Assembly (NCBI GenBank): GCA_942493095.1
Contig: OW818675.1
Coordinates: 3,030,001 to 3,062,000, forward strand
Source: Candidatus Electronema halotolerans
Lineage (GTDB): Bacteria; Desulfobacterota; Desulfobulbia; Desulfobulbales; Desulfobulbaceae
Reading direction: 5' to 3'
DNA length: 32,000 nt
Both the position numbers and the translations under genes were made by a program. Shown piece after piece: positions 17,019-26,206 of this stretch (its first letter is position 1; every line of letters begins with the position of its first letter). Below the pieces are notes generated by a model. The model had not been told where the DNA came from. It did no database searches and was given only the letters and a program-made list of their open reading frames with translations.

Positions 17019-18162
17019 TCAGGCCGACCAAAGCCGCTTCCGGCTCAATCATGCGTTCCTGCGAGCGCGGACAGCCCGGCTGCTGGACCTGCTTGGCCAG
17101 CAGGAGGCTGCGGTCAGCGTGGTTCTGCTGACAGATCAGGAAATGGCCCGCTACAATCAGACCTACCGGCACAAGGATGGGCCGACCAATGTGCTCTCCT
17201 TTCCGGCGGAGATGGAGGGCGAGCTGGGTGATATTCTTATTTCGGCAGACACGGCCTGGCGGGAAGCCGGAGAAAAACAGATTCCCCTCCATCAGCACCT
17301 CACGTGGCTGCTCATTCACGGTCTGCTGCATCTGCTGGGCCATGATCACGAGGCCTCCGAGGAGCAGGCGGAAATCATGCAGGACAAGGAAACACAGCTT
17401 TTTCAAGCTATTCAGCATCTTCATTCAGGAGGACGGATCATGCCGCAGCTTGCTGTCAATGTTGACCATATTGCCACGATCAGAGAGGCCAGAGGCGGAG
17501 CGGAACCAGACCCGGTGCTGGCCGCAGGCATCTGCGAGCTGGCCGGAGCCAAAGGCATCGTCGTGCATCTGCGGGAGGATCGCCGTCATATTCAGGATCG
17601 GGACGTGCGCCTGCTCCGCCAGACTGTCAAGACCCGGCTCAATCTGGAAATGGCGGCAGTCAAAGAAATCATCGGCATTGCCTTGGAAGTGCTGCCGGAC
17701 TTGGTCACGCTGGTGCCGGAAAAGCGGCAGGAGCTGACCACTGAAGGCGGCTTGGACATCATTGCCAACGAGAAAAAAATCAAAAAAACGGTCAGCAGAA
17801 TGATCGAGGCAGGGATTCCAGTCTCCATTTTTGTTGATCCTGATGCCGAGCAGATCAAGGCGGCCTTGGATGTCGGCGCAGCCTGTGTCGAGCTGCACAC
17901 AGGCCGTTACTGTGACGCGAAGAGTCAGCAGGAGCGGGACCGGGAATTTCATCTGCTCGAACAGGCGGCAGAGACCGCTTTTGCCTCTGGCCTGCGGGTC
18001 AATGCGGGCCACGGTCTTGACTACCGCACCACAGGCCGGATCGCCGCTATTCCGGTAATTGAGGAGTTGAGCATTGGTCATGCCATCATTGCCCGGGCCG
18101 CCTTTGTCGGCTTGGATCAGGCGGTGCGGGAAATGCAGGACTGCATTGATCTGGCCGCCTGA
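16999..18162 (+). CDS. Single ORF encoding YbeY endoribonuclease (about 16999-17439) fused in frame to PdxJ pyridoxine 5'-phosphate synthase (17440-18162)
   Basis: YbeY: '[15 protein letters not shown]', '[19 protein letters not shown]'. PdxJ: '[26 protein letters not shown]...[18 protein letters not shown]...[13 protein letters not shown]'. No stop between them. Confidence 0.9.
   Translation: MTINLIDQADQSRFRLNHAFLRARTARLLDLLGQQEAAVSVVLLTDQEMARYNQTYRHKDGPTNVLSFPAEMEGELGDILISADTAWREAGEKQIPLHQHLTWLLIHGLLHLLGHDHEASEEQAEIMQDKETQLFQAIQHLHSGGRIMPQLAVNVDHIATIREARGGAEPDPVLAAGICELAGAKGIVVHLREDRRHIQDRDVRLLRQTVKTRLNLEMAAVKEIIGIALEVLPDLVTLVPEKRQELTTEGGLDIIANEKKIKKTVSRMIEAGIPVSIFVDPDAEQIKAALDVGAACVELHTGRYCDAKSQQERDREFHLLEQAAETAFASGLRVNAGHGLDYRTTGRIAAIPVIEELSIGHAIIARAAFVGLDQAVREMQDCIDLAA
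17427..17442 (+). promoter_or_regulatory. Internal Shine-Dalgarno and ATG for pdxJ inside the fused ORF
   Basis: AGGAGG at 17427-17432, 7 nt, ATG at 17440-17442, in frame. Confidence 0.75.
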
Positions 18163-18166
18163 GACA

Positions 18167-18691
18167 ATGACCGCAATCAGCCGCAATCAGCCCTGCCCCT
18201 GCCGTTCAGGCCAAAAATACAAACATTGCTGTCTGCCGCTGCGCGAGGCCGGGCTGCCGCAGCCAAAGGTCAGATCAAATCAGCAGGTTTCGCTTTTGGC
18301 AGAAGTGGAGAAGGTGCAGCAGACCGCCATGCTGCGGCGGGAAAGCTGCCGCGAGCTGGGAGTCTTTGTCCTGTTCAGCACTCAAGACGGCGATGCTTGG
18401 GTGCTGGAGACCACGGAGCGCGATGCCTTTCAAGCCGGAGCCGCCGGGCTGCCACTGCCGCTGCCAGTGCATGAAAACCGGGAGGTGATCGAAGTGGATT
18501 GGAGCCACAGTTTTGCCCTCTGCGGCCGCCGCCTGCGCCTGACCGAGCATGAAAGCGGGGCGGAAACAGAGCTGCGCCGCGCTCCGACCATGCAAATCAG
18601 TGCTGCTCTGCGCCGAATAAAAAAACAGTATCCTGCCGAACTGCTCCGCCAAGTGCATCTGCGGCCTGACGCAGCTCAGTCTGCTGACTGA
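18167..18691 (+). CDS. SEC-C motif-containing protein
   Basis: 'MTAISRNQPCPCRSGQKYKHCC' matches the SEC-C zinc-binding motif; start 4 nt after the pdxJ stop. Confidence 0.75.
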   Translation: MTAISRNQPCPCRSGQKYKHCCLPLREAGLPQPKVRSNQQVSLLAEVEKVQQTAMLRRESCRELGVFVLFSTQDGDAWVLETTERDAFQAGAAGLPLPLPVHENREVIEVDWSHSFALCGRRLRLTEHESGAETELRRAPTMQISAALRRIKKQYPAELLRQVHLRPDAAQSAD

Positions 18692-19015
18692 GATGCGTCT
18701 GCTCCGCTTCCTGCCGGTCATAAATCTTTGTCCCCTTTCGCTCACCTTCCTGCTTGGATATTCTGGCTGACACGGTCGGCGCGGCTATTGCCGTTCTTCT
18801 GCTGCAGGCCCGCCAGAAGAGGGTGACGGGCTGAAGCGCAGCCGCTGCCGGAAAACCTGCTTGAAATATAATAAAAAAAACAGTACAATTTATTGTACTT
18901 GTTGGAATGGCAAAAAAGATGCTGCTGCTCAATTTTATCGCATTGCAATGATATGATTTCGCGTATGACGCGCTGGGCTGCCAAGCACTGCCGCTGTCGG
19001 CAGGGCAAGCTGAAT

Positions 19016-20515
19016 ATGCGGCTGCCGGTGGGAAAGGCCGTCAGAAAAAATAAAAAAATGATCTTGTGCAGCTCTGTGGTCATTGTATCTGTTGAACTGA
19101 TTTTTCTCTTCATCACATACACTTCCTTGCGGAGCACCATGTTCCTCACCCTGCTGCAGCAGGCGCGGCGGCATCAGGATGAGTTCACGCTCAATCTGAA
19201 AATGGCGTATAACAGCATGTTGCAGATGTCAACCCTGATCACCAGCAACAGCGATTTGACCAAGGCGCTGCTCAAGGAGCAGCCGCATCCTGCCGACGAC
19301 GCAGACAATCAGAAAAAAAATCAGGAACAGAACGCGCCGACAAAGCCGCCTTTTCAAAAAACCTATCAATTTGGCTCTCTTGAAAGCAGTCCTTATCTGC
19401 TTTCAAGAGACAGGCAGACCTATAGCTGGCTTCGGGGCGTGTCGCCTGTCTGGGCTGTGAATCCCAGCAGCAATGAAAAAGTGTATGTTGGCGCAGTGGA
19501 AATCAGCACCACTTTCAAGGATATTGTCAGGCTGTACGGCAAGCTGTTCCGGGTTGATGCGGCTGTGCTGCTCAACAAGGAACATGTGCGCAACAGAATG
19601 TGGAATGACAGCACAAAAAAATATTTTGAAAACCATCCCAATGCCAATCATTATGTCGAAGTGGCCACTTCTCCGCTGCTTGCGGAAATGCTCTCTCATA
19701 TCTTCATCAAAAGCGATTATAAAACAGACAATGTCTCAATAGTTTACCATGACCACGCCTTTTATTCGCTCTATTACTTTCCGCTGCCGGAAAATGATGA
19801 TCAGGAGCCAAATGCGGAACTGCCTGGCTTCATGCTGATTTGGGAGGATGTTTCTGATCAGGTCTTTCAGCATGCAAAAAATTTTGCTGTTGCTGTCGGA
19901 CTGGCGGTGCTCGCCTTTTTTCTGATTGAAAGCGGCCTGATCTGGCTGCTGAACCGGGAGACGCGGCTCTCCGCCGCAGAGCAGTGCGCGGCAGTGGATG
20001 AGCTGACCGGGCTGTTCAACCGCCGCTATTTTGACGATCTTTTGGAAAATGAACTGCACCGGATCAAGTTGAGCCACGATGCGCCCCTGTCGCTGATCAT
20101 CTGTGATGTTGACTACTTCAAGCGGTACAACGACACTTATGGCCATAAAGCGGGCGATGAATGCCTCCAGCAGATCGCGGACACGCTCCGGCGGCAGGCG
20201 AGGCGGAGCAGCGACTGCGTGGCCCGCTACGGCGGCGAGGAATTTGTCATTGTCCTGCCGCGCACCGACCTCCCTGCGGCGATTGAAATTGCTGAAACCG
20301 CCCGCAAAGCCGTGCTTGGCCTCAGCATCCCTCATGCCAGCTCCAGCATTGTGCCGGTGGTCACTGTGACCTTGGGCGTGGCCTGCACCAAGCAGCTGGC
20401 TGAATATGACAACCTGTTCGAGGCAGCTGACCGGAATCTTTACATTGCCAAAAACAATGGCCGCAACCGGATCGAACCGTTGAAGCGGGATGCTCTCAAA
20501 ACTATGGCAATATGA
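19016..20515 (+). CDS. Membrane-anchored sensor diguanylate cyclase (GGDEF domain)
   Basis: Two TM-like segments around a periplasmic region; 'VDELTGLFNRRYFDDLL', 'ICDVDYFKRYNDTYGHKAGDECLQQIA', 'ARYGGEEFVIVLP'. Start at MRLPVGK chosen over the track start 18893. Confidence 0.9.
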   Translation: MRLPVGKAVRKNKKMILCSSVVIVSVELIFLFITYTSLRSTMFLTLLQQARRHQDEFTLNLKMAYNSMLQMSTLITSNSDLTKALLKEQPHPADDADNQKKNQEQNAPTKPPFQKTYQFGSLESSPYLLSRDRQTYSWLRGVSPVWAVNPSSNEKVYVGAVEISTTFKDIVRLYGKLFRVDAAVLLNKEHVRNRMWNDSTKKYFENHPNANHYVEVATSPLLAEMLSHIFIKSDYKTDNVSIVYHDHAFYSLYYFPLPENDDQEPNAELPGFMLIWEDVSDQVFQHAKNFAVAVGLAVLAFFLIESGLIWLLNRETRLSAAEQCAAVDELTGLFNRRYFDDLLENELHRIKLSHDAPLSLIICDVDYFKRYNDTYGHKAGDECLQQIADTLRRQARRSSDCVARYGGEEFVIVLPRTDLPAAIEIAETARKAVLGLSIPHASSSIVPVVTVTLGVACTKQLAEYDNLFEAADRNLYIAKNNGRNRIEPLKRDALKTMAI

Positions 20516-20533
20516 CAGGCTGCCAGTTTTTTC

Positions 20534-21871
20534 ATGAAAATTTGCCAAGATAAGCCTGCGGCCCGGCGGCTGGCTCTTGCCTGCCTGACGGCTTGGTCAG
20601 GCACTGGCAGGCCGGTGCAGGGGTTCCTTGACAGCATCATCCATGCCGCCAATCTGAGCAGCGAGGACAGGCAGCTGGCAGTGATGCTGGTTATGGGCGC
20701 AGTGCGGCGGCAGGGCGTTCTTGACCAGATCATCAGCCGTTTCAGCAAAACGGCCCTGGCCAAGATGAAGCCGCTGACCTTGGCCGCCCTGCGGATCGGG
20801 ATTTTTCAGCTCTGTTTCTTGGAGCGGGTGCCCGCTACGGCGGCAGTCAATGAGACAGTGGCTGCTCTGAAGAAAATGCGCCAGCCTGCTTGGCTGCTCG
20901 GTTTTGTCAATGGCCTGCTGCGCAATATCGCCCGGCACAAGGAGGAGCTGCCCCGGCCTGAAGACTTTGGCCCGGAAATCAATCATCCGGCGTGGCTGAT
21001 TGCACGCTGGCAGCGGCAGTTTGGCGTGAAGAAAACGCAGACCATCTGTCAGATCAATGACATGGAGCCGCAGCTCTGCCTGCGCAGTTCAGGTGTGAAG
21101 AAAGAGGAGCTGGTCCAACGGCTGACGGAACAGGGCATCAGTACTGTGCCGGGACGATACGCGCCGGACAGCCTGCTTGTCCCTGACTGGCGCGGCCCAG
21201 TCACTGCCCTGCCCGGTTTTGCCCAAGGACTGTTTCAGGTGCAGGATCAGGCAGCCCAGCTCGCCTGCCTTCTGCTTGGTCCGTTCCAAGAGCAGGGCCG
21301 CTATTTGGATGCCTGCGCCGGCTTGGGCGGCAAAACCTGCGCCCTGGCCGCACTCCTGCCTGCGGGCGCATCGCTGACTGCGGTGGAGCCGGATGCCCGC
21401 CGTATCAGCCTTCTGCACGAAAACTTGGCCCGCCAGCAGCTACAGGACCGGGTCAGTATTTTTCATGGCCGCTTGGAAGAGTTCGCTGCAACTGCGCCGC
21501 CGCCGTTTGACGGCATTCTCTTGGACGCGCCCTGTTCTGGCACCGGAGTGATCCGCAGGCAGCCGGATATCCGCTGGAACCGGCAGCCGGACGATTTTGC
21601 CAAGCATCAAGCCGTGCAGCTCGGCCTGCTCCAGACAGCGGCAAAGCTGCTGGCAACAAACGGGGTGCTGGTCTATGCCACCTGCTCCCTTGAGCCGGAA
21701 GAAAACCAGCAGCTCATTGCCCAGTTCCTATCTGCGCAAAATGATTGTAATCTGAGTGATTGCCACGACCTGCTCCCGCCAGTTGCAGCAGAGCTGCTTG
21801 ATGGGCAAGGCTGCTTCGCGCCGCTGCCAAGTCAAGAGATGGACGGCTTTTTTGCGGCAAGATTGAACTGA
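20534..21871 (+). CDS. rsmB: 16S rRNA (cytosine-C5) methyltransferase RsmB
   Basis: N-terminal NusB-like region; 'GRYLDACAGLGGKTCALAALLP', 'ILLDAPCSGTGVIRRQPDIRW', 'VYATCSLEPEENQQLI'. Confidence 0.92.
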   Translation: MKICQDKPAARRLALACLTAWSGTGRPVQGFLDSIIHAANLSSEDRQLAVMLVMGAVRRQGVLDQIISRFSKTALAKMKPLTLAALRIGIFQLCFLERVPATAAVNETVAALKKMRQPAWLLGFVNGLLRNIARHKEELPRPEDFGPEINHPAWLIARWQRQFGVKKTQTICQINDMEPQLCLRSSGVKKEELVQRLTEQGISTVPGRYAPDSLLVPDWRGPVTALPGFAQGLFQVQDQAAQLACLLLGPFQEQGRYLDACAGLGGKTCALAALLPAGASLTAVEPDARRISLLHENLARQQLQDRVSIFHGRLEEFAATAPPPFDGILLDAPCSGTGVIRRQPDIRWNRQPDDFAKHQAVQLGLLQTAAKLLATNGVLVYATCSLEPEENQQLIAQFLSAQNDCNLSDCHDLLPPVAAELLDGQGCFAPLPSQEMDGFFAARLN

Positions 21872-21984
21872 ATGTAAACTGTCAAGCCCTTGCCATAGCC
21901 TATGCTCTGGAGCAGGCAACAGCCTTCCGGTGCAAGTAAAAGGAGCAGCGATGCGCAGTTGCAGGACTGCGGCAGGCAGGGTCT

Positions 21985-22830
21985 CTACAACGGCAAGTCC
22001 GGGTGAATCAGCTTGGCAATGACGGCAAGGGTGCTGGCAAAGGTGGCGGGCGAGGGGCTGCATACCAAGTTTGGGCTGATAACATGCACTTGGCCGCGCT
22101 GCACTGCGCTGAGAAAGGGAAAGCCCTGCCAGGTTTCCTTTTCCTGCCGGGCCAGGCCGCCGCTCTCGCTGCCCATCATGGCAATAAGGATGACATCCGG
22201 GTTCAGGTCGATCACCTTTTCCCGGCTGACCGTGCCGTGGAACTGCCCGGCCAAGATATTGCTGCTGTTGCTCAGGGTGATGTAGTCTTGAGTGAAGGAG
22301 TCTGGGGCCGCACCAAAAAGAGGACTGGCTCCGATCTGGAGAAAGACCTTCTGCTTGGGCAGCTTGGCGGCGGCAGCGGCAATAGCCTCCACCTTGGCCT
22401 GAGCCTGTTGAATGACCTCCTCTGCCTTGTCCTCCAGACCGAGCAAGGTGCCAAGCTGGCGGAAATGGCCGCACACCTGCGCAAAGGAGTCTGGCTGCCT
22501 GAACTGCACCACCTTGAGACCAAGACGGCGCAGCTTGTCCATCTGCGGCGGTGAGGTCAGGCCGGTGGCTAAAACCAGATCAGGGCGCAGGGCAAGCAGC
22601 TTTTCCACAGAAAACTGCATCACCGAGCCGACCTTGGCTTTCTCCTTGGCCGCTGGCGGGCGGACGCAGTAGGTCGTAGTGCCGACCAAGCGGTCGCCCG
22701 CACCAAGGAGGAAGACGTTCTCGGTGTTCATTGGTCCGAGTGAGACAATCCGCTGGGGCCGGGCTGCGCTGCTGTCTTCCAAGGGCAGCAGGCAGAGCAG
22801 GAGGGCGGCAAGTAGGACAAGGCGCTTCAT
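21985..22830 (-). CDS. Periplasmic cobalamin/siderophore-type ABC transporter binding protein, BtuF-like
   Basis: 281 aa; 'PQRIVSLGPMNTENVFLLGAGDRLVGTTTYCVRPP', 'LRPDLVLATG', 'VIDLNPDVILIA'; adjacent to a BtuB-like receptor under a cobalamin riboswitch. Confidence 0.85.
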   Translation of the reverse strand: MKRLVLLAALLLCLLPLEDSSAARPQRIVSLGPMNTENVFLLGAGDRLVGTTTYCVRPPAAKEKAKVGSVMQFSVEKLLALRPDLVLATGLTSPPQMDKLRRLGLKVVQFRQPDSFAQVCGHFRQLGTLLGLEDKAEEVIQQAQAKVEAIAAAAAKLPKQKVFLQIGASPLFGAAPDSFTQDYITLSNSSNILAGQFHGTVSREKVIDLNPDVILIAMMGSESGGLARQEKETWQGFPFLSAVQRGQVHVISPNLVCSPSPATFASTLAVIAKLIHPDLPL

Positions 22831-22833
22831 GGC

Positions 22834-24786
22834 TCAATACTCCCAACGCAGGCTGAGGAAGAGACTGCGGCCCGGCAGGGGATAGCCCTTGACATAGGCG
22901 TAGTCCTCATCTAAGAGATTGCTGGCTCGACCGCGCAAGGAAAACGCGCCATAGATCGGGTCCTCATAGAACCGCCACGCTGCTGTCAGATCAGCGACCA
23001 TGCTGGAGTCCAGCTCGACCAAAGGCCGGGGGCTGGCCTCGGACTGCCAGTCTTCCACAAGCTGCCTGCCCATGCAGGCCACGTTGAGGCGAAAGGAGAG
23101 CCTGCCGCCGTCATCCGCAGCCAGCCCGGCTGCCAGAGTTGAGCCGCTGACCTGCTCAAGGTCTTCACCTGTGCTTTTGTTCTCATACTGGGTCAGGACA
23201 GTCAGATTGAGATAGGGGCGCACCGACCAGCTCCAGTTGAGCAGCAGGCCGAGGTCATGGGAGAACTGGCCCTCAAGGCCGGAGATGACCGCATCGCCAA
23301 GATTCTGCCAGCTTCGGGTGCTGTCCGGCAGCGGGGCGACAATGATCTTGTCCTCAAAGTCGGTGTGAAAGTAGGTGAGCGCGGCTTGGAAAAAGCCTTG
23401 GCTGAAGTCGAGACCTGCTTCATAGGTCGTGCTCTGCTCTGGTGCAAGAGCAGGGTTGCCCACAGTGCGGGTGCCGAACCTGCTGAAATCCGCGCCAAGC
23501 TGATCCGCTGAGGGCAGGACAAAGCCTTGGGCATAGCGGGCGCGCAGTTTGAGGGCATCCGTGGCCAGCCAAGTCAGGCCGACCTGCGGCGTGAAATGAC
23601 TGTCGTCGTGGCTGCGGCCTGCTGGTTCCTCCATCTCGGTGCTGTACCAGTCATAGCGCAGCCCTGCATCAAGGCTCAGGCGGTCTTTAAGCAGACTCGT
23701 CCTGCCCAGCAGGAACAGGGCCGGGTTGCTGTAGCTGGTTTCCTGCGGTGTCCAAGTGTTTTCGACTTCATAGTACAGCCAGTCCGCTCCGGCAGTGACT
23801 GTTGCCAAGCCAAACGCGCTCGTGAACTGGGCTTGCCCGCCCTGCTGCTTGGTCGTGTTTTCCGAGACGCTGCCGTCATCCCAGCCGTCTGGATCAGAGG
23901 CAGCCGGATCAAGCCAGCTGTTGTTGTCCTTGCCCAAGAAATAGCGGACCAGCCACTGCTGGGACTGTGATCCTTTGCCCCGCCAGCTCAGGTCAGCCGA
24001 CCAATTCTCCTTATCCGTCCGGTCATCCAAGTCATTGCTGGCCAAATAGCCGGGGTTGCCTGCATCGTCCAGATTCGAGGCCGTGATGATCAGGCCAACA
24101 CGGTTTTCTTTTGTGAACGACCAGCCTGCATTGAGGCTGAGGCCGGTCTCGCTGCTGGCAGTGTTGCCATAGAGCTGCCCGCTGCCGGTCTCATAGTCGC
24201 CTTGTTCAGAGCGGGAGACGCTGCCTGCAAAATCGAAGTGCTCCTTGACCCAGGTGCCGCTGAGACTGGCTGCAGCCGCATCAAAGGAGCCAGCCCCAGC
24301 CTCGGCGGCCAAGGCGTTCTTCTCACCTTGGCGAGTGATGATGTTGATCACTCCGCCCATGCCTGCGGAGCCGTACTGCACTGCTCCCGGCCCCCGGATG
24401 ATCTCAATCCGCTCGACATTGTCGGTCAGGAGCTTGGCCGCGTTGCCAGTCCCAGCCCGGCGGCCATCAAGCAGGATCAGGACATGGCCTTGCAAGTCGT
24501 TGCCGTGGGTGTCGGTGCTGAAACCGCGCAGGCCGACTGCAGTCAGTCCGCCCGGATACTGACGCACTTGGGCAGCACCTGTTTGCGCCAGCAGCTCGCC
24601 GACCGTGGCTGCGGCAGACTGAGCAATCTCCTCATGGTCAATGACCCTGACAGCTGCGCTGACCTGTTTGCGGCTCTCTTCCACCCGGGAGGCCGTGACC
24701 ACCACTTCGTCCAGCAGCACAGAGGCGGCGACCGGCTGCATCCAGAGCAACAGCGGGCAGAGCAGGACAATCTGTTTCTTCTTCAT
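22834..24786 (-). CDS. btuB: TonB-dependent outer membrane receptor, BtuB-like
   Basis: 'LDEVVVTASRVEESRKQVSAAVRVIDHEEI', plug 'GAAQVRQYPGGLTAVGLRGFSTDTHGNDLQGHVLILLDGRRAG', 'IEIIRGPGAVQYGSAGMGGVINIITR', C-terminal beta-barrel ending FLSLRWEY. Start at MKKKQIVLL. Confidence 0.92.
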   Translation of the reverse strand: MKKKQIVLLCPLLLWMQPVAASVLLDEVVVTASRVEESRKQVSAAVRVIDHEEIAQSAAATVGELLAQTGAAQVRQYPGGLTAVGLRGFSTDTHGNDLQGHVLILLDGRRAGTGNAAKLLTDNVERIEIIRGPGAVQYGSAGMGGVINIITRQGEKNALAAEAGAGSFDAAAASLSGTWVKEHFDFAGSVSRSEQGDYETGSGQLYGNTASSETGLSLNAGWSFTKENRVGLIITASNLDDAGNPGYLASNDLDDRTDKENWSADLSWRGKGSQSQQWLVRYFLGKDNNSWLDPAASDPDGWDDGSVSENTTKQQGGQAQFTSAFGLATVTAGADWLYYEVENTWTPQETSYSNPALFLLGRTSLLKDRLSLDAGLRYDWYSTEMEEPAGRSHDDSHFTPQVGLTWLATDALKLRARYAQGFVLPSADQLGADFSRFGTRTVGNPALAPEQSTTYEAGLDFSQGFFQAALTYFHTDFEDKIIVAPLPDSTRSWQNLGDAVISGLEGQFSHDLGLLLNWSWSVRPYLNLTVLTQYENKSTGEDLEQVSGSTLAAGLAADDGGRLSFRLNVACMGRQLVEDWQSEASPRPLVELDSSMVADLTAAWRFYEDPIYGAFSLRGRASNLLDEDYAYVKGYPLPGRSLFLSLRWEY

Positions 24787-24937
24787 CTCTTCGCTCGGTT
24801 CAGGTTCTGTCCGGGAGAAACGAAAAATCCCCAGACCAATATACAATTGATCCGGGGATGCCCTTGCTTATCCGCGCAGATGCAGCTTGAGAATCTCCTG
24901 TCCACGAGGATTCCCGCAGCGTTGGTGCTGCTGCCGC

Positions 24938-25115
24938 ATCTCAGGCAGGTCTTCTGACTCCCCTGCTCCGGCAATGGCCTTCCCGTCCGGCTGGACAGTG
25001 GCGCACAAGATTGCCGGAGTTCCTTTCCGCAGCAAGGAAAGGCAGGGTTACAGCGGCGGGCCCGTTCCGGTTTCGCACCGGATTCCCTTTTCATCCGCGC
25101 AGCGCGGAACCTGAG
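24938..25115 (-). promoter_or_regulatory. Cobalamin (B12) riboswitch upstream of btuB
   Basis: Reverse complement reads 'GGGAATCCGGTGCGAAACCGGAACGGGCCCGCCGCTGTAACCC...GCGCCACTGTCCAGCCGGACGGGAAGGCC...GTCAGAAGACCTGCCTGA', with the conserved B12-box GCCACTG and GAAACCGG/CCGCTGTAA elements. Confidence 0.93.
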
Positions 25116-25282
25116 AACTGGCCCATCATAGCCGCAATGGACAGTCGCGTCAAGTCTCCTGCCGCATGAGCAGCCTGCGGAGCAGTTTGCCCTGCCAGCC
25201 AAACAGGTCAGCTTGAATGCAACATATATTCAGCAATGGCATGAATTGAACTGTGCTGGATTCACGTTCCAAGCGCAGGCGC

Positions 25283-25318
25283 AAAAAAAAGGAAGCTGTC
25301 TGTGCAGACAGCTTCCTT
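25283..25318 (-). terminator. Strong intrinsic terminator for the outer-membrane protein gene
   Basis: Perfect 14-bp stem AAGGAAGCTGTCTG-TG-CAGACAGCTTCCTT, T-run on the minus strand (aaaaaaaa at 25283-25290). Confidence 0.85.
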
Positions 25319-25345
25319 GGGGTTTCCTGCCGTTCTTTCTGTCGG

Positions 25346-26065
25346 TCAATACGAGAACGTGATGGACATGCCGCCGTAGAAGGCATCAGCACTCTCATCC
25401 GCTGCCGATGCAGCCGAGAGGTTGCTGCCTGCTGCCGCCTGGCTTGGCTCCAACTGGCGTGACCATTGCAGCTCTGGTGTGACTGTGAGAAAGCTGCCAT
25501 AGGAGACAGGCAGATTGAACGACATGCACACCGCCCTGCTGTCCGCATCCTCCTGACCGCTTGCCAGCGCAGAGGGCGACAGCAGCGTGGCTTTGGAAGC
25601 CACGCCAAAGGCCAGACTGTCGCTGATCTGAAATTCTTTGGCAAGATTGAAGGTCAGATACCACGGAGCCGCGCTGTCGTTGAGCAAGGTGTTCCGCTGC
25701 GAGTCAAAGTAGGTGTCAAAATTTGACAGCCCCTCGCCCCGTTTTTCTTCAGGATCAGCATAAAGATAGCCTGCGGAGAAACCAAGGCGGCTTCCTGATG
25801 TGCCTTCGTAGGACAGCGTGATGTCCTGTCCTTCCAGCGGCCCCTGCACATTGGCAAGACTTTTGAAGGTGCTTGCCGAGCGGCTCAGGGAGAATTCTCC
25901 CGGAGCATCAATGCCTCCGTACATGCCAGCGGCCAGAAGCAGGCTGCTGACAGCGGCGCTGTCCTTGCAGGCAGGAGTGCTGCAAGGTGAGGATGCCGCC
26001 GCAAAGGCAGGCATCCCGACCATCAAAATTGCTGTCAATTGGACAGTGCGTTTCTTCATCTTCAT
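25346..26065 (-). CDS. Putative outer-membrane beta-barrel protein
   Basis: 239 aa; signal peptide; beta-strand pattern and C-terminal 'AFYGGMSITFSY' ending in an aromatic residue. Confidence 0.6.
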   Translation of the reverse strand: MKMKKRTVQLTAILMVGMPAFAAASSPCSTPACKDSAAVSSLLLAAGMYGGIDAPGEFSLSRSASTFKSLANVQGPLEGQDITLSYEGTSGSRLGFSAGYLYADPEEKRGEGLSNFDTYFDSQRNTLLNDSAAPWYLTFNLAKEFQISDSLAFGVASKATLLSPSALASGQEDADSRAVCMSFNLPVSYGSFLTVTPELQWSRQLEPSQAAAGSNLSAASAADESADAFYGGMSITFSY

Positions 26066-26206
26066 TCTTCTTCATCCCAGGCTGTGTTGTGCGGCTGCCA
26101 TAGTGAGGCGCTTGGCAAATCCGCATGGAGGGCCTACTCTCAGTATAATGCCTGGCAGCAGGAATAACAATCCAAAAAGCTGAACTTGACAAAAAAGGTT
26201 TAAAAT

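Noticed and set aside
19736-20548. 270 aa minus-strand ORF
   Set aside because: Antisense to the GGDEF domain coding sequence.
21728-22474. 248 aa minus-strand ORF overlapping rsmB and the BtuF-like gene
   Set aside because: Out of frame with the clear BtuF-like CDS; composition Arg/Gln/Pro-rich without domains.
24783-25202. Minus-strand ORF across the riboswitch
   Set aside because: Covers the conserved cobalamin riboswitch and the btuB 5' end; not protein-like.
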